A DNA stretch of 64,000 bases, from NCBI GenBank assembly GCA_028534125.1, contig CM052817.1, forward strand, positions 75,890,001-75,954,000, read 5' to 3'. Below the pieces are notes generated by a model. That model was given only the letters and a program-made list of their open reading frames with translations. It did no database searches and had not been told where the DNA came from. The stretch comes from Lama glama. Its lineage: Eukaryota. Shown in pieces: positions 26,436 through 38,880 of the stretch (positions within the stretch are counted from its first letter, which is position 1; every line of letters begins with the position of its first letter). A program made the position numbers and the translations under genes.

Positions 26436-27202
26436 AAAGTTAGTAAGCCATTTTCCTCTCTTGATTTATAATTTTAGCTAAATTTGATTTACTCTTGAAA
26501 ACACTTTATTTTTAATGTTAGAGTATATAAAATAACAATACATAAGTTGACATCAAGTTAACAATCAACATTAACAGAATAACTACAATCTCTATCATAT
26601 TTATTATCTCTTAGTTCTCTCTGAGTAATTTTCCTGATGTGTGTTTTCTCACATTCTTTTACCATAACAGTTGTTTATGAGCAGAATAAATTTGCCATAA
26701 TCACTAGTTCAAGAAATATATCTCAAATGATTTTGTAGTAATAAAATAACATTATAAATTTAATTACCATTGCTATTTATACTTGAGAAATGCTATTAAT
26801 GAAGATGTTGAAATAAGTTTTCATCACCAAAAGTTTGCACATGTAGAAGAACACATAATTCACTAAAAAAGTCTCTCATAAGCATTTCAAAACTGTTAAA
26901 AAATAAAGAGTTAAGAGTCCTTCCAGAACCATGAAGCTGCTCAAGCAGCGGTATTAAAAGTAAAAAATGATTGGTATTTTCGCATATTGCATAAACTGAT
27001 GTACTTTCCCTGTTTTAGTTTCACTATTAAAGAGGGAATCAAAAGAACAATCAAAACAGTGTGGTTTAACTATTCAAAAACATTTGAGAGGCTCTAAGCA
27101 TTCAAAATGGAAAAAAAATTTTAAGTATTCCATCTTAATTTCAGTTTATTGTGGTGAGGAAGCTAGGTTCCAGTAGGTGAAGTCAGATAGTTACATTAGT
27201 AT

Positions 27203-27715
27203 TGCTGTGGAGACAGGATGGTCCACTTTTTCACTAGCCGCCTTAGTTCCAGCAGTCCTGTATGCGCCCTATCTGTCTTTCCTCTTTCCCAGAGTCCACA
27301 AGTTTCATGCCACAGTTTCATGGGTAGTGGGAGAAGGCTAGGTTTTATTACTCATAACACAGTAGGCAGCATAAGCTTCCTGTTTATATTAGTTCCCTTT
27401 GCCCCCAGGTCCCAGGAGGGTGATGGATAACCACACCCAGTCTGATGCTGTGCTCACAGTGAAGAAATTCAAGCTTGGGAGACCCCAGTCTTATAAAAGA
27501 ACTGCTGAATTTGCCCAACCTTTTCATAGAATGAGACATTACCTTTATTTTTTTTCTGGAGAGCAAACAAATTTATCTTCTGTTTCAGATCAGAACACAC
27601 TCTTGTATTGCACTGCTGTTTATTGTACAAACATCCTTGAAAAGGAAGTCAGAAACAAAATCAGGTACAAGACTTGCAGAAACCTGAAAGACCTATTAAA
27701 AATTAAATGTGAACA
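27203..27715 (-). mobile_element. ERV1-type solo LTR (MER110/MER89/MER90-like)
   Basis: The minus strand starts ...GGTCTTTCAGGTTTCTGCAAGTCTTGT...CTTTTCAAGGATGTTTGTACAATAAACAGC. The antisense polyA signal is TTTTATTACTCA. Confidence 0.7.
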
Positions 27716-27919
27716 CTCTCAGGAGATAATTCTTAGCCGAACACCTGAATTTCAAGAAGGATGGAGCCACTAATAATCAGGGGATAGCATCATGGGCAGT
27801 GAACTCAACCACTAAGATTCTAAGAGAAGGAAGAATGTGATAATTTTGAGGGAAAAAAACCAAGTCATAAGCCATGGGGGAAGTCTAACAAATGAGGTCA
27901 GAAATAGGCAGGAGTCACA

Positions 27920-28079
27920 TTACATTATCCAGACTTCATTGTGCACATAAATCACATGGGGATGGATCTTGTTAAAATGCAGATTCTGATTAAGGAGTTC
28001 TGGGGCAGGGTCTGACATTCCGCATTCCTAACATGCTTCTAGGAAATGCCTACCAGTGCTAGTAATCTGAGTAGCAAGG
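27920..28079. mobile_element. MER5A-like hAT MITE
   Basis: AATCACATGGGG...CTTGTTAAAATGCAGATTCTGATT...TCTGGGGCAGGGTCTGACATTCCGCATTCCTAACA...TGAGTAGCAAGG. Confidence 0.8.
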
Positions 28080-28231
28080 ATGTGGAGACTTTTGCAGTGT
28101 TTAGGTGAAAAGTGATTGTGGTTTAGAATAGTATGGCAGTCACAGGGGTAGAGAAAGTTGGACCAATTTAGTGTACATTACAAAAATAGTGATGTTAGTG
28201 TTATGGATATAGAGTGTAAAGGAAACAAAGG

Positions 28232-29027
28232 TAAAAATTCTGAGCACCCACTTCAGCTGTACGTGTGTGGGTTTACGGGGTTTCTACAGCACCGACAAGC
28301 AATGTTCTGACACCAACATCTTGTCCTACAGTTCAACTAAATTCTGACAGTATCTACTGGGACCTAGTATCCTAAAGCCACAGGTTAAGGGCTCAGTCCT
28401 ACAAGAAGCACTCACCTTTCAGATGCCAGTTACAGGCCAGGTTATCACCTATGCTTTTGATGACCCCCTCCTTGGGTTCAGTTAATTTTCTAGAGCAGCT
28501 CACAGAACTCACAGCAACATTTTACTTATTGGATTATAAATTTATAGATGAATATAACTCAGGGACAGTTTATAGATGGATATAACTCAGGGACAGCCAG
28601 ATGGAAGAGATGCACGGGGCAAGGTATAGGGAAGAGGTGTGGGGCTTTCATGCCCTGTCTGCGCGCGCCTCTCTCCAGACATCTCCGTGTGTTCACCAAC
28701 CTGAAAGCTTTCCAGACTCTGTCCTTTTTGGGTTTTATGGAGACTTCATTACATAGGGATGATCGATTAAAACATTGGCCGTGGATGACTGAACACAATC
28801 TCCAGCCAGTCTCCCCTTCCTGAAGGTGTGTGTGTTTGGGGGAGGGGCAGTGGGGCTAAAAGTTCCAGTCCCCATTCTTAGTAGGAGTCCAAAAGTCACC
28901 TCATTAATGTAATAAAAGTTACCTTTTGTCACTTTCATCTCTTAGAAAATTCCAGGTTTTTGTAACTCTGCCAGAAATGGGAACAAAGACCAAATATATA
29001 TTTCGTACTATAAATCACAATATCACA
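28232..29027 (-). mobile_element. MER21-like solo LTR with a 5-bp TSD
   Basis: The minus strand begins TGTGATATTGTGATTTATAG...ATATATATTTGGTCTTTG and contains CCACAGGTTAAGGGCTCAGTCCTACAAGA. TSD AAAGG at 28227-28231 and 29028-29032. Confidence 0.85.
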
Positions 29028-29213
29028 AAAGGCATAAAGGAAAAAAAATCCTAGAGTTTTTGGTTTACAGTGCTGTGTAGATTATAATACACTTCTTTGA
29101 GGTAAGAAAGAGAAAAAAATTAGCTTCTGTGTACATGGGAAAAAGTGGAAATTAGGTATTCTATTTTAAAAATAAGTTTGAACTTACAAGACATCCAAAT
29201 GTATATATATATC

Positions 29214-29849
29214 TGATGCAGGAAAACAGATGTGGGATATGAGGAGGGCTGAGTCCAAGGTCTCCGTTGAGCCCCTGGGATGTGCCCTGCCAAGTGTGGG
29301 TCCTTGGCTTCACGCAGGAAAGAATTCAAGTGTGAGCCACCATTGAGTAAAGGTAGATTTATTTAGAGAGATACATACTGCATAGTGTGTAAGGCAAGAA
29401 AAAGGCAAGGAAAGAGGTGTGGGAATTGGGTGCTCAGGTTAAATTAAAGTAGGTACACACTCCATAGACAGAGTGCAGGCCATCTCCAAAGGGGAGAGAG
29501 CGAAAAGGGCCACTAGTCATGGTGTTGTCACTTTTTATGGTCTCAGTAGCTTCACATGCCTACATGTGGGATCAATACAGCTGCCCTGGGGAAGGGGCTG
29601 GGATTACCAGGAATTGGGCCACCGCCCATTCTTTGGCCTTTTGTGGTTGGCCTTGGGGCTGTCATGGCGCCTGCAGGCATGTTATTTGATCAGGCTGTTA
29701 CAATGAGCATATAATGAAGCTCAAGGTCTCCTAGAAGTTAAACCTCTCAATCCTTAAGGCCCACTAGGAGGTGAATCTTCCACCATTTTGGTGTTAAATT
29801 GCTGTCATTCCTTGAGTGGCTGTGCCCTGCCCCCTTCCCTCCTGTCTCA
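29214..29849 (-). mobile_element. ERV1-type solo LTR (about 636 bp)
   Basis: TG...CA termini (TGATGCAGG...CCTGTCTCA), antisense AATAAA at 29358-29363, and motifs GGGTCCTTGGCTTCACGCAGGAAAGAATTCAAG and CCACCATTTTGG typical of ERV1 LTRs. Confidence 0.8.
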
Positions 29850-29852
29850 TGA

Positions 29853-30533
29853 TGTAGGTTTTGTCCAGCAGAAGTCCCACTGAGACAGAATGAATGAGAC
29901 TCTGTGGAAAGTCAAAAGAGCTAGAGGGAGTCGGAGACCAACTGCTCCAGCCTCTCAAACACTCCCATATTTATTGTGCACAATCAAAGAAAAGATCATA
30001 AACAATTGTGTCATGGAATGCAGGAGTTTAAGGAAAACAGGATTGGGTAGAGATCATAAGTTCCACAGTGAGTACAAAGGCTTTATTTACCCTCAGGGCA
30101 GTCATGGAGGGAGGGGAGCAAGGTACATTCTTCTGATATAAGAAACTGATTACAAAACAGACCACCAGTTTCTTGTCTTGGGGATTATAGACTATCTAAA
30201 CAGCAGAAAGCATGCCCTGCGGTTATAGCTGGGGGCATGGGTCTTCGCTTTGCTTACAACACAGAGTAAACCCTAAACTATGGACCTATGCTTATGATAA
30301 ACAAGCCATGTCCTGCGTTTACAGCAAGGGACACACAATGGTTTTGCCATTGAGGAGGCAGCCCTAGGCTAAAACCTCAACTATGCAAACAAGGCATTGT
30401 CTCTGTTTTTTCTGGCAAGGAGACAGGAGTGCAGATGCACAGGTGCCTGCTAGCAAAGCACATTTGCTCTTCTTAAAGGTCACCAGCGGCTGGGGTCTGT
30501 TACAATTTATTAACCCAATCATGGGTTCCCACG
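29853..30533 (-). mobile_element. Second solo LTR, ERVK-like (about 681 bp), abutting the previous LTR
   Basis: The minus strand begins (C/T)GTGGGAACCC, a TGTGGG-type start, and ends ...AAAACCTACA. Antisense AATAAA at 29970-29975. The class call is inferred from the terminus only. Confidence 0.6.
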
Positions 30534-30559
30534 TATCGAGTAATTGATTATGTAGTATA

Positions 30560-31460
30560 CAGCTCAGGAGTGATTAGGAGGGGTCATTAACATATAGCTA
30601 TTACATAAAGCATAGAATTAGATGAACTCACCTCAGGAATGGAAGAGAGAAGGGGGCCTCATACCATACTTGGGAGAGGGGGAAGTGCATAAAACAGTAG
30701 AGAGGGTTTTTTCCTTAAGTTTGTTCTGAAAGGTAACTTTGAAAAAAAAGAGTTGTCGATAAAAGGAGATGGAGTACAAAGGAAGATTTATTTTTTTCTA
30801 TTTTATGGTGGAAGATTCTAAAGCACATTGATGTGTGAGGGGATTGATCAGGCAGCAAGCGTGAAACAGATACTCTACAGACTATCACAGAGGAAGCTAC
30901 AGATGGGAAGTCCCCGCAGTAGCAGAAGGGAGTGGCTGTAGGTATGCCTATGGATTGGGAGGCACAGCACATTGTTCACTGTTGCAGGAAGGAGGGCAGA
31001 GCTCGTTTGCTCTCAGTGAGATGAGACGATGGTTGCGTATTATTTTCCTTTTGCACTGAAATAGAAGGTGATGCCATCGTTTGAGTAAAAGAGCAGAGTG
31101 TGCGTGATGGTCAAGGCAACAGGAAACGTGAGCCAGTTGCTTTGGAGAGAGAGGAAGCAAACATGAGGGAAACGTGTATCATTGCTGGGCAGTGTTTGCT
31201 GATTTACATTTCTAGTCATGATTTTAAAGTAAGCCTGGTCAGCATTCTATGTTGTAGTTTTTGTTGCTTCTTCTAGGTGTTCATCTGCTTACAAGCATAC
31301 CTAGGGAGGGAAGTCAGGTGAGTTTTCTCCAGGGATAAGATTAAAGGCGGGAGGAAAAAGGAAAGGAATTAAAATGCTCACAAGAGTCATATTTGATAAT
31401 GAGCCATAGGTTATGAACTCCAGATGAGGTGAAGAGAGAAGTTAGGATTTAAGGGGATTG
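30560..31460 (-). mobile_element. L2 body remnants
   Basis: Purine-rich text such as GGAAGATTCTAAAGCACATTGATGTGTGAGGGGATTGATCAGG and GTCATATTTGATAATGAGCCATAGG resembles L2 antisense. Confidence 0.55.
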
Positions 31461-32299
31461 GATTTACTGGATATACATATTGAAGAAGTTTAAATCAATG
31501 GAACTTTAGTCCAGTAACTGATATTTCTTTTCTGACTACCCCAGCTAGAATAGGTAAGACTGGGCCATTACCAGGAAAAGCTATAGCTTCTTTATACATG
31601 ATTTCTGCCAAGATTTATTTTAAGTTAAAAGTCTATTTTTTCTTATGTAATTTAGAACTCATGAATGTTATGGAGTTCCTATGAGGAATTAACATAACAT
31701 CAAAAGATTATGTGAAACCTATGGATTAGTTACTTTGATACTGCTTTTACAGCCCAGCAAGAAAGGCCCCGCATTTTTGAGGGCACATTTCACAAGCACA
31801 AATGGAAAGTACATTCATTAAAAAACACACAAGAACCTCATTCACAACCTAGCGCTTAGCACTTGACAGAGCACCATCTGTAAATCTGAACAGCCACTCT
31901 AGTGATGATACTTTTTGGGTCCTAAGGAAACAGTCCTCCATATAGGACGAGAGCCCTGTGACCTCAAAATAGAATACAACTGCATCAGAGAACCATGAAA
32001 TTCATATATTGTATTCCTGACAATGTTAGGGTGGGTACTGATACAGAAGCTATGTAAGATTTGAGTGATGGATGTGCTTAGAGAAGAGGAAAGACAAATT
32101 AATTAACTTGTCAAATCCTTCTTCTCAGGAAGCAAGAATGCAATAGATTCTTGCATAATTAGGTATTGATTCCCAGTAGTTCTAAACATCTGTTTTCTTG
32201 CTTATCTCAATGTTCCCATTTGTGATTTCAGAGGAACTCATGAATTAGAGATGATTTTCACAACAGTGGCAAATGGAGGCTGATGTACATTTGTAATAT

Positions 32300-32880
32300 T
32301 AAGCAATCCATCTTACTCTTGAAATTGTGTATGTGCTATAAACATAACATTCATGCAATGTATCATCATTTTTTATATTGTCAACTAGATAACTTTGAGG
32401 CATAGAATTGGAAATAGTTCTATTTTATAACATCGTTAATGACATTTAATTAAATGTATAAAGTAAAAATAGCTTTATGCAGAATTTTGGCATTTTAATT
32501 ATATCATGCCTTTTAATTTTAGCAAATAATTTTAATAATTTAAAAGGAAAATGACAAAAGTACAAATAAAAGAATTTTCATTATATACTTTTTCATTTAA
32601 TTTATGTTTTTATTAAAATATATTCAAAGTTGAAGTATTGGACACATATTTTTAAGCCTTCTTGTCATTGTGAATAAGTCATGATAGAATAATGGTTAGG
32701 ATAGAAAATATGAAAATGCAATTCGAGAGTTAAAAACACTTCAATACAGAAGTGAGATAATCTTTAAAGAGCAAGATCCATGTAAAATTTGTGAACTGAA
32801 ATAAGGATCACTTTCATGATAATATATGTGAACTCTCACGTGGACTTGTGCCAAAGGCCCTGGGAGTATTAAGGGCCAGC
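32300..32880 (-). mobile_element. Possible hAT (Tip100/Zaphod-like) transposase C-terminal remnant
   Basis: Minus-strand ...CACAATGACAAGAAGGCTTAAAAATATGTGTCCAATACTTCAACTTTGAATATATT resembles the decayed hAT dimerisation motif (STMTQERLNNLSILSIE). Weak. Confidence 0.35.
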
Positions 32881-33399
32881 CCATGTTCAGTTCTTCTCAG
32901 TGTAGGTGGGGTCAGTTCTCCATGGGACGACACGACTCCTCAGGCCCCAGAGCCCCCTACAGAACCAGAGAAGATTCCAGAGCTGAATGCATTATAGCCG
33001 TTAAAGAGTTTTTAGCATTAACTGCATAAATCCTGAAAATAGCATATCTAACTTTTTGCCTGAGTCAGTGATTGTTATACATGTATAAATATTAAAGTTC
33101 CAGGGAGGAGACTGTGGCTTGGGAAGGGAAAGAACAGAAGATAATCTAACAAGAGTAAAGGACTCCCTAACAGAAAGGAATCCAAGTGCAAATGCACGTG
33201 GAATCCTAACCCCAACCCTAAGATTTTTAAGGTTTTTCTTTTTTTTTTCTTTTGAGATCAACAAACAAGAAAAAGACAAATCACACACACATACACAGAG
33301 ATGCTCTTGTACAACCAATTAACTGACTGTATTTGAGAATAGAATCTGGTATATTCTTGAGGTTTGAGGTTGGCAACTCCTATCACGAGAATGGAACAC

Positions 33400-33960
33400 A
33401 GAGCATAAGAACTGGGGAATAAGACAATTTTGAAGGCCTATGAACAAGAAAAGGAAATGATTAAATATGCCCTTAGAAACATTATTCAGGCAAGTGGATG
33501 CAGGCAAATCAAAACTAGAGCAATTTAAAAAAAAAATCTAGAGCAATTATGAATAAGGAAGAGCTTCAAGTAACTATGAGAACCAAGAGGTAGTGAGAAG
33601 CTGCATAAAGGCCCACCAGGTATGGGGGCAGCAGACATGTTAACTTCAGAAGTAGCAGTGACAGGACATGTTAGCTGATTTATGTGGCAGAGGAGGGGGG
33701 AATGACATACCACTCCAGGTTGTGAACAAGAATAGCTGTAAAATGGTGATCTCAGTAAGTCACATTCCCAACATAGGGACAACAAACATTGACAGAAAAC
33801 AGTGATTTCAGTTTTTGAACATGTTTTGTTCGAGATGCCATGGGCCCCTTCAAGGAACGGTGCCAACCATCTATTTGTTATTAATGAGACTCTTGACCTC
33901 ACAAGAAAGACAAAGATTGAAGATACAGTTTGACAGGCATGCATATTCAGGAGATAATTT
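33400..33960 (-). mobile_element. L2 remnants
   Basis: GTGATTTCAGTTTTTGAACATGTTTTGTTCGAGATGCC is a diagnostic L2 antisense motif. Confidence 0.55.
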
Positions 33961-34249
33961 GCAAAATTCGAAAAAATGAGTAACAGGCACAGAAAAGAAT
34001 ATTCTTTTGTAACAATTGAAATGCTTTTGACATAATTGGATAACCTATTTTCACATTCCAAAAAAAATTGCGTCTGTGTACACTTGTATCTATGCTTTGT
34101 TTTTCCAGAAACATTCAGTACTAGTAAAAATACCATGAAACAGACTTGTAATAAACATGAGTAGTTTATTTTACAAAAAGGCATTCCAAAAAATTACGTC
34201 CTGATCAACTCCTTGCTGGGATTATTTTATAAATGTGTGTTTCTATCTT

Positions 34250-34625
34250 GTCTGTTAATGTCCATTACCAACTTTTCTCTTGGTATTTAGTGTTTTCTCT
34301 GAAGTTATTGAACTTTTATTCACTTTTAATTTTGATTATAAATATGTATTTGGGTATATTATAAATATTCACATGTGCACACATATACAGTACATTTCAT
34401 GTAATCAAATCTATCAATATTTTTCTTTATGATCTTTTAAATTTCTTTATAAGTTTTTTTTTTAAAATTGCAAGTGCCTAAATAAAATACTCTCCTACAG
34501 CAGACATTTTAAGAACTTTTCTCTGTTTTCTCCTATTCTTTTTTTTTTTTTTTCTTTTTGAACTGGGTAATTCACCTAGAGTTGAATTTGGTGTTTTGTG
34601 TGGGGTATCAAACATATTGTTTTCA
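34250..34625 (-). mobile_element. Old L1 (L1ME-like) fragment
   Basis: ATGTAATCAAATCTATCAATATTTTTCTTTATG...AATTCACCTAGAGTTGAATTTGGTGTTTTGTGTG resembles antisense ORF2 3' sequence. Confidence 0.55.
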
Positions 34626-34714
34626 TCTCCTTTCCCTAAACTGTTATTTCAGACTGTAAACTGTTCTGCTAAGCTTCCTCTAATATGTCAAATTTCATTT
34701 ATAGATTCTCTAAC

Positions 34715-35200
34715 CTTTCACTTATTTGTTCAATCAATAGATATTTATTAAATGTGTATTATTTATCAGTCAATATCCTAAAAGTAGAAAATACAGCAGT
34801 GAAGAAAACTTACTTAAATGCCTACAGTCATGCATCTTTCATTTTATGGTCTAGAAGTGGGCAAGAAGAAGGAGAAGGGAAATAAGCTAACAGTTTAGCC
34901 TTTGTGTTGTGATGGTGTTTTGATGAAGCAAAAACCAAAGTAGGCAAGAAGATTAAGAAGTGTAGATAAGTGGTTTCAAGAGAAAATAAAGGTAGAGAGG
35001 TTGAGGTCATTGATTACGGTAACTCTTTCAAGAAAGTTTTATGTGTTCTAGCAGGGGACTCTACAGAGGTTTTGGTTTGTTTTTCATATGGGAGGGATAA
35101 CAGATACAGTGCACAAGAATAGCTGTTAATGCAGAAACAAGAGAGAAATTGCTGGAGAAGTGAGAAGTTTTAATCCAAGTAGAGATGCTGGCTTTGCAGA
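34715..35200 (-). mobile_element. L2 3' end and remnants
   Basis: TTCAATCAATAGATATTTATTAAATGTGTATTAT...AATACAGCAGTGAAGAAAAC. Confidence 0.6.
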
Positions 35201-35591
35201 GAATGTAAAGTATTCACCAAGAAGCTGAGGAAAAAACAAAAAATGCACTGTTAACTAAGCTCTTAGGATTATTAAGATCTTAAGATTGATCTATTTTTTC
35301 AGTGATACAGGCCCCAAAGCCTACAATTTTGGAGTGTTCATTATCATTACTGTGGCAGTAATCAACCTCTACAGTGACTTAACGGACTGTTGCAATCTAT
35401 TAATGTAAGCTAAAGATTCCTAGATAACTCTCTGATGATTACAAATCAAAATTTCTTGTAAAAGAAGAAATATTTCAGAATTAACCATTGATTAGGTAAA
35501 TCAGAGCTCACATTTTTTTCCCTTATTCAACCACACCAGTTCAGTGATCCAGAACTTATTGTATTTGTAATACACATTTTTGGGGAGGAGG

Positions 35592-35815
35592 ATACACTAT
35601 CTTTGTGCTAGGTACTATGTCAAAAGCTTGCACTGAGAAATACTATTAAGCCTTGAAACAATGGAGTAATTAGTAATATTATCTCTGTTTTACTAATGAG
35701 AAAAGTGAAACTAAAGAGATCATGTAATCTGCACACACATACAGCTAATATGATTTAAAGCCAGCATTTAAACTTCAAAAGTCTGAGTCCAGAGCCTCTG
35801 CTCTTAATCATTGCA
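35592..35815 (-). mobile_element. MIR SINE
   Basis: TGTGCTAGGTACT...ATTATCTCTGTTTTACTAATGAGAAAAGTGAAAC...GTCTGAGTCCAGAGCCTCTGCTCTTAATCATTG. Confidence 0.8.
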
Positions 35816-37129
35816 TTTCTTCACACCATTACAAACACTTTATCATTCTGAACAGAGTGATGTCTAAAGAATATCATGGCAGTGAATTCTAGGAAAGTAT
35901 TGCGATTTTGTGGAATCACAAACATGGGCAACTTAGGTCATCCAAGGAGATAAGATATGCAATGAAGAGGAATCTACATTTATCTCACATTCTGAGAATG
36001 CAGCTAAATGTTTTGTCTTTTGAAGCTTAGATTTAAATTTATTGGAATTATAAGAATCTAATACAATGAAATTTATGTTACATCTATGATATAAAGCAGA
36101 GTAATATTTGACATGGTTGACAACGTGTGGTAATGTTGGTTTGAATTGATATTGTGTCTCTTATACTAAATGCCTTTAGCCTCTGCAAAATTTATCAGAA
36201 AATGTAGCCCAAAAAGATTGCAGTCACTACAACTATACTAGAATATGTTGTTCACTTCCGTTAAGACATTTCTCATTGACGTGAAAATGATCAATTACAT
36301 ATAGAATAAGGTAAAGAGAAAAGGAACATGTTTGGCCCTGAAAACTGGAATTAATGTGTTGAACCAGATATACTAACTCTGCTCCAGAAAAAGTTTAAAA
36401 AAGAGTGAAAACCATATGAGATTTTTTTAATATACGATATTTAGCATGCTGTATTTTTTAAGTATCAGGTAGATTTTATTATTCCCTCTTAGAAGTTATC
36501 CTAAAGTACTACAATAAATTGTTGCACTTTTAGACAAAGAAAATAATATTTAATATAGTTTGTCACGTTTCACCCTAGTTCCTGAGAGGAAGCCTTTAAC
36601 ATTTAACTTTGTTCTACTTAGAATTAACTATCTCCTAAGCCAACATTCTACTGATAAAACTCTAAACTTACATAGCAAGTACCACATATGGATCAAGACA
36701 AATGTTCTTTTTATTTTTCTTTATTTTTAAATATAATTTGCTACCTGTGCTGAAATAAGAGTGTTTGAGAAACTAGAAACTTTATCTGGAAAGATACCAT
36801 TAAATGATGCCACTTCTAACAAATGCTATTCTTCAGTTGAAACTTCTCAGCACCCCAAAGGAATCAATCCCCAGGGGCAGCACAGTCTGCTCCTTTGTTA
36901 CTGATTGTATTGACAGTGGGCAGTTCCTACTTTGAGACAATGTATTTTCCTATTGAATATGTATTCAGTCATACCTTGTTGTAGTATTGACCTTACACCA
37001 TGAAGAAGCAGTGAATAATAACAAACGCCCCTGGATCCTGACAGATGGTTTTAGTATTTGGGTTTGCCGTCAACTTTGAACCTCAACATGTGCAAAACTA
37101 AGGAACCAAGTGCAGAGGAAATGTTATCT

Positions 37130-37699
37130 GGATTAAAATAATGCCATTTGCAGCAACATGGATGGACCCAGAGATGGTCATTTTAAGTGAAGTAAGCCAG
37201 AAAGAAAAAGAAAGATACCATATGATATCATTCATATGTGAAATCTAAAAGAAAGAGAGAAAGAGAGAAAGAAAGAAGGAAGGAAGGAAGGAAAGAAAGA
37301 AAGAGTGGAAGGAAAGAAAGAGAGGAAGAAAGAAAGAAAGAGAGAAAGAAAAAAAGAAGACACTAATGAACTACAAATGATCTACAAAACAGAAACAGAC
37401 TTACAGACATAGTAAACAATCTAACGGTTACCCAGGGTAAGGAGTGGGAAGGGATACATTTAGGAGTTTGAGATTTGCAAATGATAACCACTATATATAA
37501 AAATAGATAAAAAAAACAAATTTCTCCTGTATAGCACAGGAAATTATATTCAATATATTATAATAACTTTTAATTAAAAATAATATGTAAACAAATATAT
37601 GAATATATATGTATGCCTCTGGGACGTTATGCTGTACACCAGAAATTGACACATTGAAATTGAAAATTGAAACTGTGACTATACTTCAATTGAAAAGAA
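37130..37699 (+). mobile_element. 5'-truncated young (camelid-type) L1 3' end with an expanded GA-rich tract
   Basis: AAAATAATGCCATTTGCAGCAACATGGATGGACC...GCTGTACACCAGAAATTGACACATTG...TATACTTCAATT. Probable TSD AGAGGAAATGTTA (37114-37126) / AGAGGCAATGTGA (37700-37712). Confidence 0.9.
37247..37360. repeat. Polypurine (GAAA/GGAA/GA) compound microsatellite
   Basis: 114 bp that are all A/G except one T at 37306. Confidence 0.95.
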
Positions 37700-38279
37700 A
37701 GAGGCAATGTGACCATTTGCAGACAGCAAGTATGCTAAATCCTTGATTTAAACAGGAGTATATTTTCAGCTAAATGTTGTTTTCAAGACTAAGCATAAAA
37801 AGAAAGGCTCAACATAAGTATTGCTCATGTCAGCTGCCAGACTGAAGCATATGTCAGGTAAAAAACACATATAATTGCAAGCTTGATTTTTTAATATATA
37901 AAATCTTACAAACAAGCCATAAGTTTATTTTAATCTATGATAAATAACCTATTAGTATCTATACATTTTGAAGTATATATCACAGGCACTCTTATTTATC
38001 TTATCACACATTCAACACTCAATAAAATAATGTAATGACTATAAATTGTAAACACTTGAAACTAAATTATAATATATGACTTACTAATATAGATATACAT
38101 ATAAGCAACAGGTGTATGTCTTTATATTGATGTGGTCATTTCAGTCACAAACTCAAATTAAACTTTCAAACAAATAATAGTGAATATTTTTCATTTAACA
38201 TCCTGTTCTCACTTCAACTACTTCTCTATCATTTTATTATTGTGAGTCTTTTCATTTATTCCCAGGACACTCTTCTTTC

Positions 38280-38880
38280 TCCAGTCAATCCTTAATATTT
38301 TCATTAGAATTTTCCTCCCTGATAGAGATCTGACTTTGTCACTTACTTTCTTAAATATCCCCTATGGTTCTCAACTACTGAGAAAATAGAGATCAAATTC
38401 CTTAGCAAATAATTTAAGACTTTTCATAATTTGAATCTAATTTGTTCAATATTATAGCCAGTTCTTGCCTCAAATATTTTATCTGAACTGCCCCTAGTCC
38501 CCTGAAAATACTATGCATTTTCACATCTCTACTAATGCTCATCCCGTTATCTCATTCTTCCTACCTTGCTAAGCCTAAAGGTGTCTTATTCCTGATTCAA
38601 CTTTTCACTGAAATGTTACATCCAACACAAAGACTTTCCTGGTCCTAGCATTTAGAATCAAACTCAACCTCTGCTGTACTTTGAATGAAATGTCCTGCAT
38701 TTAACCTGTTTTGTTTTTTTTAAATTGTCCCCTTACTATAGACATTCAGGTTTCTATATACACATAGGAACCCATATACAAATAAAAACATTAGATTATG
38801 ATATTTTTCAGCAGAGGAACTTAGATTTGTTTCTTATTCTCTCCCCAGAATCTAGGATATTTCTCAGCTTTCTTTCCTGG
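38280..38880 (+). mobile_element. L2 remnants
   Basis: ATCTGACTTTGTCACTTACTTTCTTAAATATCCCCTATGGTTCTCAACTACTGAGAAAATAGAGATCAAATTCCTTAGC resembles L2 sense 3' sequence. Confidence 0.6.

Noticed and set aside
27399..27773. 124-aa ORF
   Set aside because: It lies antisense within the MER110-like LTR and has no recognisable homology.
33525..34184. Longest ORF in the track (219 aa, minus strand)
   Set aside because: It overlaps L2 remnants, has Cys/Leu/Ser/Phe-rich composition typical of non-coding frames, and shows no recognisable domain or splice context.
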